DNA of 64,000 nucleotides from Octopus sinensis (lineage: Eukaryota), in contig NC_043002.1 in the NCBI RefSeq assembly GCF_006345805.1, positions 61,504,001 through 61,568,000 on the forward strand, written 5' to 3'. The notes under the pieces were generated by a model, which worked only from the letters and a program-made list of their open reading frames with translations, made no database searches and was not told where the DNA came from. This document shows, one piece after another, positions 54,674 through 64,000 of the stretch; position 1 is the first letter of the stretch, and each line of letters opens with the position of its first letter. The translations under genes were made by a program, and so were the position numbers.

Positions 54674-56275
54674 TTGCTCATATTTATTACACATACTTTT
54701 TCTGTATTCTAGCTTCTACCCTGCATTTTTCCCTGTGCGCTAATAGACGTGTCTTTCTCATTGATTCCTTTTACAAGTTCTCGTGTATTTTTGCCTTCAT
54801 CCTTGTTTTATCTTGTACATGTGCGTCTATAGACGTGTGTATGAACTTTCTGTGCGTTTGTGTGTGCTTATATAGACGTGTGTGGGTTTGCGCATATATA
54901 GACGTGCGTGCGTGAGTGCATACGAGTGTGTGCGGATATAGACGTGATTACTCTCATGATTTTTTTCATACTTCTTTACGCTTTTTTTCTGTATTGTTGC
55001 CCCTAGCCCTGTTTTTTCTTGTGTTTGTGCGTTTATAGTCGTGTGTATGAACCGTTTTGGTTCGCGTGTGTGTGTGTGTGTTGAATTGTATATATATATG
55101 GTTTTGGGGAATAGTGTGGGTGAGAATGTCTATGTTTCAAGTGAAGATGGATGAGTGTATACTTATAGGCGCATGTACGTGGGTGTACGGGCGCGAATGC
55201 GTAGGTATGGAGATGCGCTTACACAAAAACTTTGTACATTTTTACCCCCTACTTTTAATCCCTCCCTCACTTAGCGGTCATTCAAAGAGTTCTTTTGTCT
55301 TAATAACGATCAATCACACAGTGATTTCCCATGGTTTACGGTCGTTTTCATAGACTTTTTTCTAATGGCCGGATAACTGAATGGAGGGCTGTGTGAATTT
55401 CCACCCTAACATCCGAAACTCAGAGTCTTATCATGGCTACTGAATGATTGTCACATATCAAATTTACAGATAAATTCCTCTATTTACAAAATGTCGAGGT
55501 CTCGTCGTCTTACTATTTCTATCAATATATATATAATGAGGATAATGGGATATATTGCCCTGGTAGGAACCGAATTCCTCTGAAATCGGTTTCAGATGCT
55601 GGCTAACGAAAAGCCCCCTTATGTAGTACTCGAGCTAATGAGTTGTTAGACACTAGTAACTTCTCTCGTTGGGTAATTCTGTGCGTGCATATTTTCCGTA
55701 GATTACTTAATAATATTAATAATGATAAGGAGAACAAAGATTTTTTCACATCCAGAAACTTTATATTCAATTCTTAGAGCATATTCTCCGGATCTACACA
55801 GGTAGACCATGTGATTTTTGAAAGATATACATTTAAACAATTTGGAGAAACACATCGCACTGTGTATAATTATAATCATAGTGATAATAGAGAAACGAAG
55901 TTCCACGTCACTATAACATAAACCAAACACATTAGAATACCTTTACATTTATAATGTACCCTATGCAATAAGTGGAACAATAATCTATTAGAAATGGTCT
56001 AACTTTCTTAAGGAATATGTAAATAGAATGTTGAACCGGGAATACTAATTAGAAATTTATAAACATAGAACATCACCATATTGTGTAATGTATTTTAAAA
56101 TATTATATACAAACATAGATATAGTTATATATTTGTATGCACATATAGATGAATATACGTATGTCTACATAAACGGAATGAAGATTGATAATACAAAAAT
56201 TATTATCATTACGACAATTATAAATATATAAGTAGATACTTACGGAATTGATAAAGTATTGAAACAGCGAATGTC

Positions 56276-57208
56276 TTAGTGCCTCGTTGTAACCTGGAGC
56301 GAATACACATTACGTCTGTTTACTGCAAACTCTTTACAACATATTTGTTTGAGGTTGTCGCGAAATGATTTGCTTACCACAACATACAACATGAAGTTGA
56401 AAACGTTATTCATACAAGCTAGAACACTAAAAAACAAGTAGAGGACCATATCTTTTTCATCGAGTAGGAATATTACCAGGCAATTAATAGATGAAGGAAA
56501 TGCAGTTAGGATAAAGAGTACGTTTATTGCAATCACTGCATAAATAGTACTTTTTGACTGCTCTGAAATTTTCCGTTGCAAATGTCGACCGAGGTCTGGT
56601 CGATGCTGTATTTTATACAACAAAAGGATAGAACTTATTATCAAAATCATCCCTGGTACGAATGAATACATGATGTCTACAGCACACAAAATGTACACCA
56701 TTTTATTTAAAAATACTGCTAGCGTTGTATACGTAACAGCAACACATACAAGAAGCAGGAGCAGTACAATGTAAGGTTTATAACGTTGTGAAGAATGAAG
56801 TCTTGAAAACGGGCAAAATATTGCCAACAGACGTTCCAGAGATATAATAACGGTTATCCAGGAAGAATATATAAATATAGAAGAAATGAAAGCATCGTAT
56901 ATTTCACTGCTAACAATATCTGAATGTGCCGTCTTAGGTTGAGAAGTAGTTGACAACCATATTGGTTTTGGTAAATATGTCGAAAGCGCAATGAAATCTA
57001 CAAGAGATAAACAATGAAGATATGGAACAATTTTTGTCTGACGCATTTGTTTCTTGAATAATATTGCAAAAATTGCTAAATTTCCGACAGATCCTAATAT
57101 CAATAATATTATTGAAATATACTGTATAGTTCTAAGTAAATACACATTTTTATAATTTTCTATCTGGCTACTGTTGTTCAATACGCCCAGCGTTTCTGTT
57201 TTGTTCAT
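56276..57208 (-). CDS. Intronless class A 7TM receptor, copy F (310 aa; possible 317 aa from in-frame ATG 57229)
   Basis: Track start 57250 is GTG; ATG 57208 aligns with the other copies; all motifs intact. Confidence 0.92.
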   Translation of the reverse strand: MNKTETLGVLNNSSQIENYKNVYLLRTIQYISIILLILGSVGNLAIFAILFKKQMRQTKIVPYLHCLSLVDFIALSTYLPKPIWLSTTSQPKTAHSDIVSSEIYDAFISSIFIYSSWITVIISLERLLAIFCPFSRLHSSQRYKPYIVLLLLLVCVAVTYTTLAVFLNKMVYILCAVDIMYSFVPGMILIISSILLLYKIQHRPDLGRHLQRKISEQSKSTIYAVIAINVLFILTAFPSSINCLVIFLLDEKDMVLYLFFSVLACMNNVFNFMLYVVVSKSFRDNLKQICCKEFAVNRRNVYSLQVTTRH

Positions 57209-58679
57209 ATCTTCTTCTAATTCATCCATCGGTGAACAACTGTGGACCACAAAAATAACTAAATGAATCCAATTTCTATTAAATTTTTAAAAGATCCCAT
57301 ACGGTTTCACGTGTTGCTGTTTAATAACAGTGTGACACATCTAATTCGTGTCGAGCGATATCAGATAAATAAGTAGATAAAATATGTAGGCAAGTAGATA
57401 GATCGGCAGGTGTATATTTATATGCATGTGAATACATGTGTAGAGACATCGCTATAATGAATCCAGCTTCGTTGCTTTTGTATTATGTACTACTGCTTTT
57501 GTATTAATTACTGTATTTTAGATAACTGTGTCCTACACGTTGTTGATGATGTGGTCATCGGATCTTAATGATGATGATGACGATGGTGATGGCGAAGTCT
57601 AATGGAAAAGATCACTAATATGATCTTCTTCACTTCCTTCTCTCTCTTCTCTTTTCGCTTTACTTGCTGGTTGATGTTGATGCTTTAACACTTTTAAAAG
57701 CATGTAGAACGATAGAAAGTATGAATTAATCAATATTATTTTCGTTTACAAAGAGTTTACAATACTTCCTCCCAAACGTTTGGACACTGTTAAGTAACTG
57801 CAGTTGTTCGGGTGTGGTCTTATTTTTATGATTCTGCAAGTTTTAGCTAAATATATTATTTGTTTAATGTATATGTTACACGGATATTAAATGAAACCAC
57901 GTTCAAATATAATTACTGTCGCTTACGACTTGTGAAACGACTAATTGCATCGATCAGGTGCCCCTTCGATCTTATAACCATAGATTACACTCTGGTATAC
58001 ATGACTGTTTCCTAATTTTGTGAGCATGGTTAATGGAATACCGCTCAACGATGCCCCAGCCATAGTAGTCCAAGTGGTTTAAATCAGGAGACATTGGCGG
58101 TGAAATGTTAGCGGTAACTTGATGAGGAAAACTATCGACTCAGATTCATAATAAAATACGTACGGCTTCTCAAAAGGTAACTCTCTCAATGCAGGGCTTG
58201 AGAAACGACTTCATTGTCCCGATGTAATGTACATGATCGATGCGAAAAATATTACTGGGGAAAATGTGACGTAGCACAGCGTGGAATTCATCGCTAACAT
58301 TACGACGATGAGTTCCTTCCTTTTCAGTTGAAATGGAACGCAAACGTGGTAAACTGGCCAGACGGTGTATGCAGGTTTTGTTTAGGACACCTTTTCTAGG
58401 CCACTCCCTTACTGGGTTGAGAAGTGCATTCCTAAAATTCTACTCGGTCGTCTGGGCCTTTGTCGAAGTCCTCCGCTACCCCGAGGTCGAAGAATAACAA
58501 CTAAAGTCCCAAGCCGCCTACATAAGTAATGTGACTATGACTTCCGATGGCTACCTCCGCTTGTCACTTTCACAATATCCCCGTCACTGGAGAACTTCAG
58601 TGGAAAGTTGGGGCTATAAAAACAAAACCATATAGGAAGATCCTTACTGAAACGATGAAATACTTAAATATCGAAAGCC

Positions 58680-59605
58680 TTACTTTGTTGTAACCTGTAC
58701 TTCTGTTCACTGAAGTTTCTTTACAATAAATTTGTTTAAATTTGTTACGAAAATGATTTGCTTACCGCAACATCAACTATAAAGGTGAAAACAATATTGA
58801 TACAAGACATCATATTCCAAAACATGGATAGGATTTTATTTCGTTGTATTTCTTTTATTGAGATTACAATGTAATACATAGAAGCGGGAAAGCTTAACAG
58901 AAAAATTATGTTTATAGCGATGACGACATAAACACAATATTTTGACTGCCTTGTGGCATTCTGTTGACAATGCTGATGGCGGTCTGGTCGATGAAGTATT
59001 TTATGTACAGGGCAAAATAGAGCTGATTATTAGAAGCATAGCTGGTGTGGATGAATAAATAAAGAATACAGCGCAGAGAATATACAATTCTTTCTCCAAA
59101 ATTACAGCATTGCGTACATGACTGTAACAGATACTAGAATCAACAACAGTACAATGTAAGGCTTATAACTTTGTGAAGAATGACGTCTGGAAAATGGGCA
59201 AGACATAGTTAAAAGACGTTCAATAGATATTGTAACTGACATCCAGGGAATAATATTATATATTATATATATATAATATAGAAAAATTGAAGTTTATATA
59301 TATTTCCTTCTTGAAAATTCTTTAAGTGCCGGATTGCATTGAAAATTAGTTGAGTGCCATATCAATTGTGCGAAAAACAACCACATAGCAATGATATTTA
59401 CATGAGCCAAACAATGAAAATATGGAACAATTTTAGTTTGACGTACTTTCTTCCTGCAAAATACTGCAATGAGTGCTAAATTTGCGATTGATCCAAAAGA
59501 CAATAAAAAAATTGAAACATATCTCATTATCTAACGAAAAAATACATTTGTGTCATTTATTGCCTGGATGCTATTACCCATTGTGTCCCTTTCTGTTTCG
59601 TTCAT
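58680..59605 (-). pseudogene. Old-type class A GPCR pseudogene P4 (frameshifts, stops, small TA insertion)
   Basis: MNETERDTMGNS...; FGSIANL; RQTKIVPYFHCLA; PWMSVTISIERLL; YKPYIVLLLILV; HRPDR; LSCINIVFTF; VAVSK. Broken by indels. Confidence 0.85.
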
Positions 59606-60324
59606 ATTTTGTTCCAAAAATCTTCAGGTTAGACAATCTTGAAGCAGGAAAAAGTAAGTGTAACTAATTCCTGTTATAAAGCTTAGATATGTTGGTGGAT
59701 AAATAGATGGGAAGTACATATGTATACATACATAATGAACATATATATATATATATATATATTTGTATATGCGTATGTATAAAATTGCATAGACGCACGC
59801 TGTTATAAGGAGGGTAGCTGAGAACTGTATATATTATTGTAATTTATCGATTGTGTTGTTGATGCTGACAGCGATTACGTTGATAATGTGATGCCTTTTG
59901 GAATTGGGATTGAAATGAGGATGACCACTACAATTCCTACTAAAAATATATTAGTGTTTATACCTGTTTGATGTGAATGTTCTAAACTTTTTAACAATAT
60001 GTATAGTGGTATGACGAGGGCGCTATAAATGGGCAAATATCACTTTAAATTACACAAATGGCTACAATATTTCCTCTCTCGGCTACTGTTCATTCACTGT
60101 AAAGTTTCCACTGTGATATTATATTAAATTTGAGCCAGTTTCAACAAAGTATTTCTTTTTCTAATTCACCGCTATTGAAATAACTTAAACTGTATTAAAT
60201 GTATGTACTGACTATAATAATGGATTAAACTTCACGTGTGGGATCCAAATCAACGACAGAAAGTTCGAAAGTTCTAATCAAGAAATATAATTTATATGAT
60301 TGCGGTAATGTTCTGTTTGTACTT

Positions 60325-61954
60325 GTTACTTAGTTAGTTAGTTAGTTAATTATTTGGTTCAAAAAGCAAAAAGCAAGGCCATGTAGGGGGACATGGAGTT
60401 ATGTACAGGATGGTGTTCATGTAAAGAGTTGAGGTCACTTGTGGTCAAGGGGGACTTTGAACCGAGCGGTCGTCGGCATCTTTACTATCTCGTCCGGCAG
60501 CTTATTCCACGGATCCGCAACCCGGACGGAGAAAGCGCCTCTCCTTCGATTGAATGACATCGTCGCAGATAGAGCTTTTCGTAGTGACCCCGCAGCCGAC
60601 GTTCTGGAGCAGTAGTGAAGAACAGCTCTTTCGAGAGGTTACACCTTCCGCTTATGATGTTGTGAGCAAGAATGAAATCACCACGGCGTCGTCGTTTTTC
60701 GAGAGAATAGATGTCGAGCGTCTTCAGCCTTTCTTCATAAGACAAATGCTTGGGATCAAGAACCATGCGGGTAGCCAGCTTCTGGACTCTTTCGAGATGC
60801 TGTATGTCTTTGAGGTGATAAGGAGAAGAGGCTTGAATCCCGTACTCCAATATGGGTCTCACCAGCGTGACATAGAGCGGTAGGAATATGGCAGCTGTGA
60901 GCATTCCGAATGACCGTCGAATCAAGAACAGAACTCCGCGTGCTTTGTTGGCAGCATGGACGCACTGGGCCGAAGGCGAAAAAGAAAGAATCCACCATGA
61001 TACCCAGGTCCTTTACCTGGTCGGTCCTCTCCAGCAGCAGACGACCCGGCTCGAAATCAAGTTGAGTTGCAGGAGGAGAGCCAACAGGCAGATGGCAGCA
61101 CATTGACACGTTCAGACACAGGTCCCATTCATTAGAACATATCCAAATTTGGTGGTGGCATCGACGAAGATCCTCTATATCACCGCGACGAGCGATCAGT
61201 TTGACATCATCGGCAAATAAAAGGGTATGTTGCGTGAGGTCGTCGGGCAAGTCATTTATGAAGACTAAGAACAATAAGGGCCCAAGCACTGAACCTTGAG
61301 GTGCACCACTGCTCGCCCTGGAGACGTCGGACAGCGAACCATTAACTTGGACTTGGAAGGAGCGATCTGAGAGGAAGGCACCAACCCATCGTACAATATC
61401 CGGATGGAAGCTATATGCTTGAAGCTTGACAAGTAATAGGCGGTGGTTTACCGAGTCAAAAGCTTTGGCAAAGTCCAATAAAACGATGTCAACAGTATCA
61501 CCATCATCGAGGATGCGCGTCACCAATTCTTCCATTACCAGTAAGTTGGTCAAGCATGATCTCTTCGGCACGAAGCCGTGTTGGGAATCAGAGATAGAGG
61601 CTGTGTTTTGGAGGTGGAGCATCATATTTTCTTAAGGATGGTTTCAAACATCTTGCTGATTATTGAAGTCAGGGAAACCGGTCGGTAGTTAAGCGGGTCT
61701 TCGCGGCTCCCTTTTTTGAAAATTGGGCAGATTATCGCTGTTCTCCAGTCCGCAGGTATAATATTCGTTGCCAATGACATATTGAATAGACGTGTTAAAG
61801 GCTCGCAGATGACCGAAGCCAACGCTTTGATAACCCGCGGGTGTATGCCGTCAGGGCCGTGACACGTGTTGACATTGAGGCCTTGAATAACGCGTTCGAC
61901 TTCGTCCTGCGTGATGACCAATCTAAGCATTGGAGTGTTAACTACGGATGTCAC
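60325..61954 (-). mobile_element. 5'-truncated CR1-clade LINE (reverse transcriptase), frameshifted
   Basis: GPDGIHPRVIK...WRTAIICPIFKKG...NYRPVSLTS; QHGFVPKRSCLTNLL; LDFAKAFDSV; GAPQGSVLGPLLFLVFINDL; FADD; LERVQKLATRM...LSYEERL...RRRRGD...RGH. (TAAC)n-like tail at ~60325-60345. Confidence 0.92.
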
Positions 61955-61986
61955 GATATTATAAAATAAAATGAGCCTATATATAT

Positions 61987-62019
<33 letters not shown>

Positions 62020-62033
<14 letters not shown>

Positions 62034-62980
62034 CGAGAGTTAGTATGTGTGCGCGCGTGTGTAGTATGTTACTTATTCATTCCAAAACCGAGTTCCCGAT
62101 TTTGACATATTGGGTATCAAATGCTTCAGTACTATTTCGGTTACCAACTAAACTTTATTTTCATTCCTTATTTGCGTTACAAAAGTTTATCATTATAATC
62201 TTTTCCATAAGTCACCTTTCGTAAAAATTATATACAACGTCGACGAAGACGCCACGTTTTATATATGAGTGTGTACCTTAAAAGACATCCATCATCACGA
62301 CACACACATTCACTCACTAATTTTCTCTCTCTCTCTCTCTCTCTCTCTTTCTCCCTCTTGTACACCTGCGCACACGGACACAGCACAGATACAGACACAA
62401 ACGCACACGTCCATTTCATATTCACCTACATACATCTTTCACTTTCTCATCTCTTTCACCTCCTGCTCTTTCTTCCATTTTCGCTTTTTCTTTTCTTTCA
62501 ATTTGTACTCTCTTCAAAGCATAATGAAATAATTTTTTTTACAGAATGAGCAAGAGAAACGCAGAATGAGAAAAAGACAGTGAGACAAGAGAAAGGAATA
62601 GAGACAGAAAGCAAACTTCTATTGAATAAGATAAAAGATAAAATGGGATATGAGGTGAGAGAGAAATGCCGATGTTTATACCCTATGTATGATATATAGT
62701 TAAAAGTGAAAGAAAACCTGCAGAAAATTAATACTGTATGTATTCTCTTAAATGTACGTCCAGTTAAATGTGCCTTCAAACACCTCCTGTTCCCAGGGCG
62801 ACTGTTCTCAGCTATGACAATCAACAAAGCTCAGGGTCAGACTTTAAAAGATGTGGGTCTCAATTTACGAATACCTTGCTTTTGTCATGGACAACTATAT
62901 GTCGCATGCTCTTGAGTTAGCAATGGAGATGACTTGTATGTTTATTGTACCAACACTGGACTTACGAGAAACCTAGTCTG
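62020..62980 (+). mobile_element. Helitron-derived remnant with a Pif1-like helicase C-terminal fragment (~62790-62930)
   Basis: [38 protein letters not shown] matches Helitron helicase motifs V/VI (TINKSQGQ..HGQLYVA.SR). Element boundaries uncertain. Confidence 0.7.
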
Positions 62981-63884
62981 CGAGAAGCATTGTCGGCTTC
63001 ACTTAACATATGTTGAAGTGTGCAGTGTACCAAAACATTAGAGATCGTGTTTTTCACAATGTAGGAGCTTTCTTTCCATGTACCTTACTTCCAGCAATAC
63101 AGATAATTCTGCGTCCTCATATGTCATCCAATTGTGCACACCCGTTAGTCTAGGTCCTTTTGGAGGCAAATTTAGGATTTCACTCTAATCCAAACTGTCA
63201 TTCTACATGTTTTTGATGCAAAAATTCCAGCATTGTTCATCACAAAATGACCGAAAAACATGTTTAGCCATTTCTTCTCCTTTAAAAGGGAGGCTAAGCG
63301 ACTCTCATTCATGTTTTGAATCTGGCGGTATTAACATTAGCGGCCTAACGCCGTTGTATGGAAAGAGTCGTTCAAATGTTTTAGTACGTTCGGATTATTA
63401 CAGAAAATCCATTCTGATGAGGAATATGGTTAGTAAAGTTTATATTTTTTAATATTCTTTATGAAAAAGACTATTTCAGAAACGCACGTCTATGGATAAT
63501 CGGATATTGATTGATTTTCGTTACGTTACCCTCTGCCTGTGTGAATAACCTTCAAGTATTATGGTTTCTCTGGATGACCATTTTTAAATTAGAAGAAATG
63601 GCTAAGATTTTTGGCTGCTTTTCTGAACTTCGGTGTGTGGTGAGGCAATTCTTTTGCTGAAACCTTTTTATTAGTATTACTAAAATTTACCATATGACGG
63701 TCCTGTTTTCATACCGAATTCTACTTGGTGAAATTTATTGATTATTTCTTAATAATTAATTTTACCCTTTGTTACTATATATATATATATATATATAATA
63801 CAAAATGGGACTAGAACTCAAAACATCCGGACAGTCAGGTGATGCAAAAATGGGACAACAAAACATCCATATTGGTGATACAAA

Positions 63885-64000
63885 GAAAACAAGGACGAGT
63901 CATTCGAAATTTCCTTTCTTCAATCAAGTACCAGATTATCTTCACAATTTCGGCTGATTATACTTGATATTGCTCCAATCTGGTGAGGCCCAAGGAAAAC
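63885..64000. mobile_element. Second copy of the 42496-42800 repeat, running off the window end
   Basis: Near-identical to ~42499-42612. Confidence 0.6.

Noticed and set aside
49037-57250. Longer N-termini for copies E (49057) and F (57250) from the ORF track
   Set aside because: These begin at GTG (bacterial-style starts), and copies A and B have in-frame TGA in this stretch. Only F's ATG at 57229 is a possible 7-aa extension.

Overview
Eukaryotic, AT-rich, microsatellite-laden DNA. It is most likely a coleoid cephalopod (Octopus-like), inferred from the tRNA-derived SINE family and repeat landscape and not verifiable here. The window is a single-orientation (minus-strand) tandem cluster of intronless ~310-aa class A (rhodopsin-type) 7TM receptors of the peptide-receptor-like/Srw-like lophotrochozoan type. 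Six young intact copies (stops at 19643, 24432, 30289, 37296, 48104, 56276) lie in a 5-11 kb repeat unit. One divergent damaged copy (42746-43689) sits in a relic block inside the array, and three older pseudogenes plus one 5' fragment lie at the flanks. The receptors are unusually compact: ECL2 is only a few residues and the canonical TM3-ECL2 cysteine (C3.25) is absent. Many differences between copies fall on classical ligand-pocket positions, consistent with a diversifying chemoreceptor-like family. The spacers record nested mobile-element history: a decayed mariner remnant in every unit, a canonical non-autonomous Helitron (three copies plus empty sites), a GGATC-ended foldback MITE family with 8-bp TSDs, a Tc1 element, CR1-like LINEs, SINEs, and Penelope-like GIY-YIG elements, one carrying a minimal hammerhead ribozyme. 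Most other ORFs in the track are microsatellite artefacts.
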